DNA of 64,000 nt from Fimbriosthenelais zetlandica (lineage: Eukaryota). Where the stretch lies: positions 41,602,001-41,666,000 of the forward strand of contig OZ365110.1 of the NCBI GenBank assembly GCA_977030845.1, read 5' to 3'. The notes below the pieces were generated by a model that was given only the letters and a program-made list of their open reading frames with translations, had not been told where the DNA came from and made no database searches. This document shows, piece by piece, positions 13,276-26,516 of this stretch (position 1 is its first letter; each line of letters opens with the position of its first letter). The translations under genes and the position numbers were made by a program.

Positions 13276-14149
13276 CAAGGACCCAGTACTTTAATTCATT
13301 AACACGCACATAAGTGACTAATTTTAGGGACTTTTGCAGGAAAAAACACTTAGTGAAGGTAAACTAGACTGAACAGTTAGCTAATGTACACAAGCTGAGA
13401 CAAAGAGATGGATTTAAGTCGTCTGGGGCTAACATCGGGGTAATTTGGCACAAAAAGTGTTATTAGAGTCGATTTTAGCGAAGAAACAAGCCCCAGGAGT
13501 TTAACTCCAGCTAAGTCTTGTACTATCTACAACCCTCAAGAAGCCAAGTGATAAAGGGTAACGATCCCAGAGGATGCGAAATACTTGGGAATCAAGAGTA
13601 AGGTCTTGTAGCACATACACATTTGTGTATACAATCTGTCTGAAACAAAGCCGAAGATTAGATGGCAAACCTTGTGGTTTTACTGTTGTAGTTGGCCATC
13701 AGTACCATCTTTGGTTCAATATAACTCTGCATTGTCCACTTAAATGTGATGCTACAGGCACTGCAGAGACCTATGTGAAATTCGATACACAATTGGTTTA
13801 AATTATAAATGACTTACACTTGAACATGAACGGTGCTAAATGTGCTCCTACCAATTAGACAATGGCAGGCACTAGATCATTTGTATAATGCATTGAAAGG
13901 ACAGCTGACAAATTCAAAATATATTTTGAATGTAATTTATATGAAGGGTGGCAGATGGAAACATATACTGTTATATGTCGAGTGAAAGTTATTACAGTAA
14001 TATTGTTAAACAGTATATATATATAGGGATGGCAGCCATCTTTCCTATATAGTAATGTCATTTTCCATTTACCATATCTATGCGGGGCGCCCATGCGGGA
14101 ACAGCACAAATAATAAATCCCCCAGAAAGGCCCTTCACGCCTTCATATT

Positions 14150-15070
14150 AAAAGATGCAAATGCTGTACCATCCTCAGGCAATGCATCAAAGCTGCTGCA
14201 GTATGCGGCACCAGCCAGAAAATAGCACATCTTGTCTTTTTAAAAGGCCTCTTCCCAGTGATGAATTCCAGCCGACCATATGCGAACTTGGTTTGCACTT
14301 TTGTCCAACAAATGGGCTTGGGATTGCTGGCCCTGAGGCAGACTGCCGGTGGGACCTGTGGCCAATAGCCGACCAAGAGATAGTACAAAGGCTTGGCCCA
14401 TTCCGCGCCTGCTCCTTTGTAAAGAAGCCTGGAGATCGTCATTTCCAGGCTCGTTTAAGAGAGTGGTTTGGGCGTGAACGATGGCAAAGGTGATTACTTG
14501 GGAAACATCGTGCACTGTTTTCCGTATCAGTGTGAAAAACTTTCCTCCTAAGTTCCTTCGTTTCATGAGAAGTGGGGATGCTCCGTTTCTTGTGTCTGTG
14601 ATTAAGTACAAGTAGAAAGACACGGCAGGCTATGACCTCCTCAGACTTGAGAGGAAGCGAGTAAAAAAAAGGGGGATTGCTTCCTCAACAATACATACTA
14701 ACAAAAGCCCGGGGTAGGGGGTGATCAATCCATACTACATCTTCCCCTGGTTAAGGCCTGCAAATTGCCAGCAATAAATGCCTGCGAGTCCCTGGTTAGC
14801 ATCGCAATCTTGGGATATATTTACAGAATATTCACTTGCCGATACATGGCTGCAAGACGTCGATACAGATCCCAATCTGCCACCTTTTTAGCAATCAGCC
14901 TGTTCACCATGTTTCCCACCAGAAATTGAATAACAGTGATTCTGGGCAGGGGCAGAATGTAGGGCAGTCTATTGATCCTGATCAAGGTGAATGAAATCCC
15001 TCAATGCAATTTCATCAACAACGCTGGCAAGATCTCGCATCCATTCAAAGCCACGCTTGATTGTTCAACA
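14150..15070 (-). pseudogene. Decayed, apparently intronless ankyrin-repeat coding sequence (possibly TRPA-like)
   Basis: Frameshifted or stop-interrupted pieces match the ankyrin consensus: DFIHLDQDQ*TALHSAPAQNH/TVIQFLVGNMVN, LAAMYRQVNIL, DTRNGASPLL, TLLNEPGNDD, HLLDKSAN, FAYGRLEF. Confidence 0.4.
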
Positions 15071-16267
15071 GGCCATTGGAAAAAGTATTCTGCCGCTATA
15101 GTTTGGACCTGAGCCACATGAAAGTTAAATGGAAAATCCATGTTTGTGCAAATTTCCCCCCTGAGACGAAATCACCTATGTATGATTTACATAGCTGTTC
15201 AACACACTCTTAACCTGGTGCATAAACAATTATGCCACCTTCAATTAGTTACTGTTATCACCCATTAAGGTTATTTGCTTATAATCAGATCATTTGCATA
15301 ACGAAAAGAAACCAAGCCTAAAGGAGCAATCTGATGGTCTGTAAATCCCAGAGGAGGGAGAAAGAGGAGCGAGAATTGCCGACTAAGCAGCCATATAATG
15401 GATACAGAGAGGCGAAATTAAAACCAAGCTAAGCTCACAATTAGTGGCACTCCTTTAATTGGACTTGGAGACCTTTTGATATTTTATCCACAGGAGCTAC
15501 TTAATCTCTTCATTAAGTTGTCATATTTCATCTGGAGGATGATCCGTGTCAAGGCCATCTATTCCCCATATGGTTCTTAATCTTATTCATTACTCTCAGT
15601 GCTTGTTCAATCCGTGTATACTGGAATCTTGATTACCATATGATATATAAGCTGATTTGGATTAATGAACCAGGTACTAAAAGCCTTGGAATTACCTAAT
15701 GTCGTATCTTAGCATTATAAATGATCCATAAAAAGCCGCAGAGGAGCCAAATTAAAAATGGTCGTCTAATTGATGGGTTGATGCCAATGAAATCTGATCA
15801 AACTAGTTTACCAATTAAGCCATTTTTGGATGGAGTTTTTCCCACGTGGCAGATGGAACTCTGGCCTTCATGTTGTCGATTGGGGATAGACATTTTGGTC
15901 CAGGCCACAGGATCGCTACCCACGTATAGGCCGAGTATGACCTCACAAATTCAATAAATATCTGCACCGCCCGGTGATGTAGTAAATTTACACCGTCAGT
16001 AATTTATAGAATCATCAGACAGGTGTACTGAGACTTGCTTATTCGAGTTCCAAGGTTCAAGTTGATGTCATGGAAGAGGTAATATAATGAAATGATGGGT
16101 CTTATGTTGTCTTAGTTCCGTATCTCCCGAGTTGCATAATCAACTGCAAACTCCGCTGGTTGTGCAATGGCGTAATGCAAACATAATTAAATGGACAATT
16201 CTGTAATGTTCTATAATGTTAATTACAAAATATATTTTCGTTATGGAGCCCATCTATAGGTGATCTG

Positions 16268-16370
16268 GAGCCCCTTTCAAACCAAAAATTAGCCATAGAC
16301 TTAGCATTGCTAATTTTTCTTTTGAAATAGGAGCCTGTTTCAAAAGGAATATTAGCAATCTTAAGTCTAT
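16268..16370. mobile_element. Two abutting, oppositely oriented copies of the palindromic mini-MITE
   Basis: atagacttagcattgctaat...ttttgaaata gg-ag-cc tgtttcaaaaggaatattagcaatcttaagtctat is a long inverted repeat made of two family copies. Confidence 0.6.
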
Positions 16371-19300
16371 TGGGATTGGGAGTAGTATACCAAAGGGCTA
16401 TTGCAGAAGGCATCTCAGAGATTATTGTCAGTGTTAATAACTGTATGAAATCAGCCAGATATACTTTAATATATGAACTTATTATCAAAGTGCCACCATG
16501 TCATTGACACAGTTTCTAACGACCAGCGATTTGAATTAATGACCATTTCCAGGAATCTCAGGGAGGGGGTCCAATCTCCATAATATTGACCCATCATTTG
16601 TACCGGTATTGTATAAATGTATGGCATTAATATGACAGTTAATTGAAGCTGGCCCATTCTCCTCAATCACGCGCTGGTGATTCAAAATCGCAGTGAATGA
16701 TAGGAAGCATATAGGACCCCGCAGCGAGCGAGCTCAGCCTGGTAGGGTATTATAGCGAATCACATGGTGCGATCAGTCACCTTGCTTGTAGGATATATCA
16801 GTGTTCACAATAGGCGGCTCACCGACCACACACCCCCGGGATGAGAAATAACCCAACCCCTCATGTCAAACCACATACTGCTGTAGGGCTATACTGTTCG
16901 TACTAGCTGACTATAGTCTTTTTGTTGCTTGTTCGAGCTCTCCCAGACGAACGCTTCCAGTACGTCATTTCGCTCAGCCTGTAAACGGTAGAGAGCAAAT
17001 TGTCCAAATGAGCCTTGTACACATGCGCAAAAGCTGGCACACTTCCGGTGGCAGGGGCATGTTGGGAGGCACGTGGCGTGTGAGGGGGTTGATTTTGAAG
17101 GTGATAGATATGATATATCCGGTAAATGGCTGCACAACCTAGAGATTACATACTGCACTCTGCTTACAACTAGGCTATTGCTGAAACAAGCACTTTACAT
17201 GTACTCTCTCGCTCTTTCTCTCCATTGTTCTCTCTCTCTCCCTGTCTTTCACTCTGTCAGAGGCTGTCCCTCCCTCTGACATCTCTCACTCTCTCTTTCT
17301 CTGGTCCCTCTTGTTCTGCCACATACCCTCTCTTGCTCTCTTCCTCTCACTCTCCCTCCTCCATCTACCCCTGCACTCTACACTGCCTTGCTTTAGATAC
17401 CCGATTCATATTGCCCAACCCATCGAAGTCTGCAAATAACAGCCATCTGCCTATAGACTATACATAAGGAAATAACGCCACACATGTCTATATTATTATG
17501 TTTCAGCCCCAATTTAAGCTTGTTTTCAAGCGAGTTCGACTCTTTGAAAAGCACAATTTACTTTATGGGAAGTTTAGATATTTTTTCTAAGAGGACCTCA
17601 TGTCCTGTAATGAGGTGGATATGTTCCCTTTGAGAAGCAGTAAATCTTCTGAAGGTAACGAGCCTTGAAGAAAGCACGCCGGCCATCAATGTATCGATCC
17701 TATGTTAAAATGCCTCCCAATCAGTCTGTACCTTATTACATTTTTCGTTTGATGTCAGTTAAAATGTTTGAATTTGGGGTAATGATGTAAAAGGGGAAGA
17801 TATAACTGCCCTTCCTCTTCCCTCCGCAAGGGAAATTGCCTCTGCCCTCCCAGGGATAAGAAGGACAAATATATTGAAAACCTGGAAGGTAGACCTCTTT
17901 GAAGTTAAGTCTGGTCTCTAATAATATCAATCTGATTCGATGTGCTCTGGCACACTGTTCCACTTCAGTATAGCAAGAATATCAATGCAATTTTATCCAT
18001 ATCAGTTATAAATGAAAGTTGGATAGTCCTTACTTGTCTCCTAGCATCTCACTATCTCCATTTCTTGCACCGATATCAAGCCATATATTACCAGTCTCTA
18101 AGCAGTATTTTCCTCTTGAGCCAAAAGCCCCGTAGCCGAATTTTGGTTGTTTGTGTTAGCAAATTAGATAGAATGACAGATACTCCGACATAAATGATTT
18201 AGTAGCCACAAATTGCTTCCCAATGCGGCAGCAATAAAATAGAGTAGTTCGATATTAGAATGAATAAGAAAAAGTCCAACTTGGCTTCCCCCTCATTGGT
18301 GAATGACGTGAGATCTTGATATTTGTTAAAAATGCAAAAGACCTCCTAGGAATAATTCAGGAAAATAATTTAATTATAGGTAATTTGACACAATCAGCTG
18401 GGCAATGATAACTCGAACTCGGAGAATTTTGACAATTCAATGAGCAAGCGCACAATAGACATGCTACATGCTGAGATAACAGGCAACTACGGACACATGA
18501 TATAATACAAAAATAGAAAAAGGTCCGTTTGTTCTTCTTGACTATATATGACAAGAATAAACAACAGAAAGATAAACAAATACAAGAAAAGAGAAATGAT
18601 AAATTGCTATTAGTTGTTCTGAACCCAGGCCCCAACTAGAAAATCGCAGTGTCTACAAGGGATAAAATCCAATGTAACTACCACATTATTGCTTCAAATT
18701 CCAGCTTAGTATATCAGAGGACACTATACTTTCAGCAATGAATGCGGGGATGGAACAGAGGGTCTAACAGGAGATGAAATGTACGTGATAAAGGCTATAC
18801 GTGGCATGCCTGGCACTGAATAAAAGAGGTGTAAATATTCACTCTTCTATACATCCCTGACAGTTCTGTTTGCTGTCACTGCCTCTAACTTGTATGGTGG
18901 AAGCAAAGGTTTCTCCTTTACTACCCTGCCCCCCCCCCCCCACCCCCCCACCACCGCAACCCAATCGCCAGGCATGTACGAAACAGGGGGGGCACAAGGG
19001 CCATGCCCCCCTGCCAGGATATGTTTTAGCCCACCTACTACTCTGCCCCCCCCCCCCCACCTTTTTGATTTGCTTTCCCCTCCCCCTGCCACCCAGATCC
19101 CCCTCACCCACCCCACCCAACCTTACAAGACCACACTTCCGCCTTCCTCCCCAAGGACCAAAGGAACACACACAACGCATCAGCTTTCCGACTTCAAAAT
19201 GGATGCTTCAAAATGTTTTCTCGTGTGATTCTGTAAATAAGTAGATCTATACCTAGCTGTAGGTCTACTTTTTAAATTTAATGGTCCTTAATTCCCACGT

Positions 19301-22300
19301 CCCTATCAGATTCTGAGGCAGCATTCACCAGTCACTTTTGAAAATTAATTTCGCATAAAAGTCAATATCAAACATTAATTTCCTTTGATTGGGTTATGTG
19401 AAAAACCATCAGCCATTTTTTAATGACATTGAAATATTTATTACAATCGAAAGTCATATTCGACATGAATTTGCGTCACAACTTTTATAATTAATCACTA
19501 TAGTGCATATTTAAGAACACAAAATGGCAACGTGAATTTAACGCCCAGAAATATATGAGGGATATCTCGTCGTAATAAAGATAAGCCTGCATGTGGTAGA
19601 TTGGCTTATAGATTGCGGAACATGGTACAAGGGATGTAAAGAACCATTACTATAATAGTTTGAGAAGAGTAACTCATTTAGCCATTGCGCGCCGATAGCG
19701 TGTTTCCTCTCGTCCTGAGATAGGTGAAATATTCCTGACTAGTCGTAAAAAAAATATACAAACAAAACTCCTAACTTGACAAGTACAGAAGTCGATCATC
19801 AAATGAACATTTGCCTTGATGTACCCGGGCCCTAACAAAGGCTTTATAAATGAATGCCTCATTTGGTTAACAATAGCATCCATCTCCTCTAGATCCACTC
19901 TTTCTGCAGGCTGGTAGGGACCGAGTGATCGAGGTACTGTCAAGTTGGTAATCTCGCTATCACAAAGGGATAAGGAAGGGATAGAGGGGCAAAGCCAGCA
20001 TTGACACTTCCCTACTGACAGTGACAGCTCCTGCAGACTTTATCAAGGCCTGATAGAAAGCCCAGTGTGTGATTAGGAATAAAATATTGTCATCTTATCA
20101 AACCCAAGCCGGCAGTGAGCTACATGTATAATTCACTTCTCATTTCATGGCAAGGTGATTTGTTTGGCATCTGGTTGTGTAAAGATGAAGGTAGAGGGAG
20201 GAGTGTTTGACTCTATCTCTGTGTATGTGGACTGAAGCCAGGTCTGATGGTCGATTGAACAACCCGAGATGTGTTTACATGAAATAGGCCACGCCCCATT
20301 AGCCCATGTGATCGATATATCAATGGTGGAAAAACGAAACATATTGTTGGGGGAGGTCGGTTAAACGCGAACAAACAGTGGGCCAGCTCTCAATTATTGA
20401 TAACCTCATAGAATTCCCAACCTACCCTTGCCCCTGACCATGTCTAATCTATGATAATTTTTTAAAATGATTGATTGTTCATGTACAGTAGATCAATCTT
20501 TCGATATAATATTCGTATGTTTACACAGGTGATACCAAAACTAAGTTTAAGTTTGGTTTCCATTTGAAATTGATTAATTGGTCTCACAATAACAGGCATG
20601 ATCAAATGGCGGCCATTTTGTTTTGGAGTAGAACAAATATTTTACAGCAAGGACTTCCCTGTCCAAACCAATGCGAGGACCTTTCTTTAGTTAATTAAAA
20701 GGTACTTTTGCCTTAGAAAAAGGAACTAAAATGGGCTTATATGTACCTCCAGTCTTTGTTCCCTTTAGCGAGATTCAGTGGCAAAAACCTCAGAAGGACA
20801 AGTTCGGTATTCTAAAACGCTATTAAACCACTTTAGGATGCCAAAAAAGGAAATTTAAAATTCACCTAGTCAGATGTCCTTCAATGTTGGAAGATGCGCA
20901 GCATTCTTAATCGCCTAGCGGAAGGCGCAAACACGTACCATCTGCGCCAATTCAATTACTATGGAAACAAAAAACCGGACATGGTCGGATGGAATTCTTC
21001 AACTGGGCGAGACTTGAATCAGTCAATGGGACAGGCAGGCTCAAAACATCCAATTCCTCCTGCCTTGCTTTTAATCAACAGACCCAGAAGAAAAGTAGAA
21101 AAAATGGGATTAGGGGTGCAAGAAAAGAAAAAAAAACTATCCATTATTTAAGGCCCTGAATGGGAATGGATATTCCCCAGACCACCTCTGCAATATTCAT
21201 CCTCTACTGCTATAGGCAAGGGCATTCACCTTGTTCTGGCGCTGACGAGATGGGAACAGTATGCTACATGTATGTAGGCCTATCATGCAACCCTAAAATC
21301 AATACACAGGTAACAAGTATCAAAGACACCATCCAATAACAAAATCACTTAATACAACTCTCGTTATGCCTCGGGGTCCACCTGTCTGTTATCAATAGCG
21401 TTTGGAAGCAGCCAGCACTTAAGCACATTCATTTGTTATTCCACCTTTTGGCCATCAAAGGCCTTGCTTCTCATGCGTCCACTTGTCCTGCCCCATAGCG
21501 TATGTATAATAATGATGCACATTATGCAATACCAATGGCAATAATCAAGTCTCACGCACTTGTAAAGAAGTTAGGGGCAGGCAGAGAATATGGGCAGAGC
21601 CTAGAGGGTTTGATCGACATTGGAAGCCGATATTGCATTACTTGGTATTGTTGGCACTGATTTGCCGCTATCCCGGCCTTCTGGTGCCGTACGGACCCCC
21701 ATGAAAGGCGCGGTAATCCTACTATAGGACCAACTGCACTCTCCATAAGATCATTTATGTGAATTTTTCATTAACCGTTTGGTACATCCCATAAAAAGGT
21801 GATCTCTTAAATGACCAGTTTTACCGAAGATGCTCGGATACCAGTTTGTCCTTGTCATTTGGGGAACAAGTCTATTCTCTTGGCAGCCTCTTCAGCATTG
21901 ATTGCCGTTTTAAATATATAGAGCACAAAATGTGAAATGAAATGTGTTATGATGCCTTTATGATTTGTATCTGCCTGATAAACCATATCTAAGACGAAAT
22001 GAATAGGCCATTAAACAAACCTTATTCATTATGACGATGCAATATGACTGTTCAAGACATTGATCATTGTTCCAAGCCTAGACATTCTAAACATAGAATC
22101 TTTAAAATCAACAGCCCCCTTTTTCACTTATCCCTTTAGGTGTATGAGCCGTCGGAAAATTGACAAAGAAGTCAATATTCGCCGTGACACCTTGACTAAA
22201 TGGGGATGTTCAACAATGGCCTGTTTTCTGCTCCTTTCTGTATTCAAGCATCAGCAATGGCACGAACACGATGATTGGATAAAAGGGTTGGAACTTTCAA

Positions 22301-23467
22301 GAGTCCCGAGCAGATAACTAGTGTTAAATACCATCCCCCACCTTAAATGGTATCCTGGTGCACGACTACCCCTTCTAATGAGGCCTTGAATAATCCACTT
22401 ATAATTTAATGATGATTTTTAATGACGATTATCACTTAAAATGGTTAGCCTTACCCGTGTTTCTGAAGCAAGATGTGGCCATATATAGATGGATATTAGC
22501 CATAGGCTTCTAACATTAATGGAAGTACCTCAAATATTGAACTGAAATCAGTACAATCGTTGAAGTAGAAGTAGTGCAGGTTCGGCCTTCCATATTAAGT
22601 CACGAGTGACACTAACCCCATTGCACAACCGCTGAGTTAATATGGACGACACTCGATTGTGCAATGGGCCACATGCCAATTATTCACTAATGCTATCGGC
22701 AGCTGCGCATTCCAGGGCCAGTCGAGATTTTGTGAAAACAAGGCCATAACACGGAATAATTACTAATACTAGTCTAATGAAGTATTGTGCCTTGGGAGTG
22801 GTGGATTCAGGGGGTGGCTTTAGGCCTTGCTTGCGAAGGCTGACACTTGATCAATCATTTTTTTTCACAGGGATTAGGCGTCTCTATATTATATTATAAG
22901 ATTTTATACTTTCCCTTTCTCGTCACAATACTGTGATTAATATCCCGCTCGAATATAATTTGCAGCAATTGCTAAAAGTACATCTTTCGTACTTGGAAAG
23001 GGGGGTTGAGGGGTTGGGAGAGGGGGCTACATTAAATTAGACCCCCGCCCCTCTCCTTCCCATTTTCTGAAATAGGGATTTTAATCACAGTATTGGATGC
23101 TGGATCCTCCGTCCCTGCTCCCGATATCAGAGCCTTTTATATGCAACTGTTTCAACAGGCGAGGTGGCACAAAATCAAGATCAAGAAGAGCGAGGCTTGT
23201 GACTGGACCCAGGTCCCGATTCAGAGATGCTGATACACAGGACAATAGCCATGCTGGCCATGCCACATGTTACCAGTCTCTGGAGAGTAGTCCACAGGCT
23301 CACATGTACAGGCTTTGCTCTTTAGCTTTATACGCCATGTTGAGAATGTTCCACTTTCTAATGCTTTAATTCTGTTGCTGCATTGGTGACTCAATAGGGA
23401 GGGTCCCAGGGGCAGACGTTCAATTATCCCTCCACATGGGCCCGACTGAGTTCTATCAGTCCATTAA

Positions 23468-23671
23468 AGTGACACTATCACCGATCAGCAATGATCAAAT
23501 TAGTCAATCTAGGTCAGTTGACCCAAATTCTACGTTGGGCGTTAGTTGGGGAAATCAGGTCAGGGTTTGCAAACCTCCAGTCTTGAAACATAAAGTTATG
23601 AGAAAACAAGAGAAGAGATGAACTGATATCTGACTACCTGCACAATCGAAAATATTGACGATAGAACCACT
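23468..23671. mobile_element. 204-bp Kolobok-like MITE flanked by TTAA
   Basis: TTAA|AGTGACACTATC ... GATAGAACCACT|TTAA: imperfect TIRs beginning AG, with TTAA on both sides as expected for a Kolobok-type TSD. Confidence 0.55.
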
Positions 23672-25660
23672 TTAAATCTTTTGAAGTAAAAAAAACATCT
23701 TTACATATTTTTTTGCTTCAATAGCTTGTGAATGGTCGTAGAACATAGCCTGTATCTTAGCATCGTTGTGGTAATAGCACCATCATTTCTTTGGATCGTA
23801 AATGCCTTTATAATGGCCGAGACAGATTCTTCATTGGTCCTATCATATTGGGTTGTATATTAGAAGGCAAACGGGATACCACCAAACCATCCTTCTATGC
23901 TTCAGTATAGGTATTAAACCATCAGGATTTAACCTTTAAAGGTATATTTGGGTGCAAATTTCAATACCTCCAATTCTGCTAAGTGAAATCTAGACTTTAG
24001 GCTGGAGGAGGCTCTTGACATAACCCTTGAATAACCCTCTTGAATTTGTCAATAACAATCCTTACTTCCAATTTAATCACTTTTCAAATACATATCCAAG
24101 TGAACCACTCATGCCCACAGCAGTCTTTTATCTTTTACCCAAGATGTTAAGGCCAATAAGTCATGTATTGAGGACCTAATATCTTATTCTCTTACAAGTA
24201 TTTAACCTTGTTATCTCGTGCCCTTGATGCGGTGCAGTTTATGTAAATTCCCATGGTTAGATTAGGCATCTTCACTGAAGCCAACACCTGGTAATGTGTT
24301 TACAGGAGTGAGGTAGCCCAGAAGTGCTGCAACTTATTTTATCAGACAGCCCTGGAATCTCTCGGCTCAAGCTGCGACTAATATTACAAGAGGAACGTAC
24401 AACAGAGCACCAACCTACGAAATCCACTTTACATGAAGAAAATATTGGCAAATCAACACTTTTTCCAACTTTCATGCTCACTGAAAACTACATAATAGTC
24501 AGAGAAACCTTATAAAAAAATACATCCTTGCCTGAGGTTGCTGCTGACGTTGCTGCCCATTTAAAAGTAAAATGAATGTTTTAGGTTTACGTTTAAGTGA
24601 ACACATGTTAAATTGATGCCATTCATTTGTCACTGTTGATTGATTAGCTTAAAAGTCTTTAATCGATTGTAAAATAATATTATTTAATGAAGCATATGGA
24701 ATCTCTCCTTGCAGAATCCGCCAGACCAAGTGACAAGTCCACAAAAATCTTTCAGAAGAATTTCCCAGGTGAAAGAAAGATCACTTTGGAGATGGATGAA
24801 AGGAATAATCAATGAAAAAGGGAAGAGAAATGCAGGGTTATGTACATACCATATCCAGGAATGCCTCCTGCGGGAGCTGGGGGCTTGTTGGGTAGGCACG
24901 GTAAGCATCTTGTGCGTTTTCTCTTCTGATCTCAATCAGTGAGTCTCCAATAATAGAGATACTTCTTAACCAGTCGTGGAGAATGATTTTAATCACAACC
25001 ACTGATGCTGCCAGTTTTGAACTAACATTTAACTGGCAATAAATGCTGCTAGGCGAGCCTGTGACTTGAGCTCATTTAAGGTGATTGATCAGTAACTAGT
25101 GGATGGAGGGAAGTCTTGATAAATTGGTAATCCGAACAAAGAACTCTTCTTCTACCTCCCCATCCACGGTTTAACACCACTGCACTGAGAAGGGCTGGAT
25201 TGTGAGATTAAATATAAACCAGTAGGCTAAAGTAATGGTAATCGTAGATTAGCAGGAACGGTGGCTGCAAACCAGCGTCATGGCCAGTGGAATGCATTCC
25301 TCCGTATACAGCCTCTGGCGCGTTGGCTTCCGCACAGAGAAAGGGGCGAAATGACTGGCCGGGTGCAGGCAAGGGGAGATGGCCAGATTCCAAAGGCTAA
25401 AGTTGGGTGGATAGTGAGCTCGTTGGTTGGGTACAACACACACTGCCCTATGTTAATCCTGCTTTGTTCTTGTTGCTGTTCTGAACACAATCCAGGAAGG
25501 AGTGAGTGGTGCAGGAAAAGAGAGTTGCTGCGCTATGCTCAAGCAAGCTGCTACTCCTCTCCACCTCTCCGCTCCTCTCTCCACTCGCAGTTTGATTGCT
25601 GCTGTATCATAGGTTAACAGATAGGTGAGGTGCTCCCTGGCCAAGTGAGCCACTCCTCCC

Positions 25661-25740
25661 GGTGGTGGGTGTGGGTGTGGTGGTGGTGGTGGCGGTGGTG
25701 GTTGTAGCTTGGTGGGTGGTGGCGGTGGTGGTGGTTGTTG
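25661..25740. repeat. Imperfect (GGT)n trinucleotide repeat
   Basis: ggtggtggtggcggtggtggttg... reads as poly-Pro or poly-Thr on the minus strand. Confidence 0.85.
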
Positions 25741-26374
25741 CAGTAGCTGACTCAGTCAGGGGATGGAGGGAGGTGCAGGCGGTCCACTCTAGCTCCCATG
25801 TATGAGCATTTCTAGGATTTGTGTATTGGATTCACTACTCCCTGCTTGTTCCCAGGTTAGGTGTGGCAGGAGTAGTGATGGAGTGAGTAGTAGGTGTATG
25901 AACAGTCGTAGCTGAGTAGTTGAGAGATCTGAGTGGGGCCATGTCCGTTATCATATATGTACATGTATGCCTATGTTACTTCCATGGACGCTCGAGAGAG
26001 TCGTGTCCTGCAGCAAGTGATTCTTTCTTCCTCTACTTACAGTGTTCCACCACCTCCTCCTGTCCCCCTAACACTGGTATCGCTGGGTTTGGAGGGGGAG
26101 ATCGGAGGCTGGAGAACAGGGAAGGAGAGAGGAGGTGATAGGGAGATAGAGAAGGGGAGATGTAAAATGCGATGGGAGAGTCGGAAAGGTTGAGGGCGTT
26201 GAAAAAAAGGCAGACGTGAAAAAAAAGAAAGTAATAGGTTGTAGAGTGAGGAAGTGAAGACAGGGAAAAAGTATGAGTTAAAATATAGCAACCTTCCTGT
26301 AGGGGGCTTGGATGGGAAGAGTAGGGGAAACAGGGAGGTGAGGAAGAGAGAGGCAGACAAACTGTAGGGAGAGA

Positions 26375-26516
26375 NNNNNNNNNNNNNNNNNNNNNNNNNN
26401 NNNNNNNNNNNNNNNNNNNNNNNNNNNNNNNNNNNNNNNNNNNNNNNNNNNNNNNNNNNNNNNNNNNNNNNNNNNNNNNNNNNNNNNNNNNNNNNNNNNN
26501 NNNNNNNNNNNNNNNN
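26375..26516. other. Assembly gap (N run) in a purine-rich tract
   Basis: Run of Ns. Confidence 0.99.

Noticed and set aside
18930-19150. Overlapping ORFs around poly-C tracts
   Set aside because: Homopolymer and GC-rich MITE-like low complexity, not coding.
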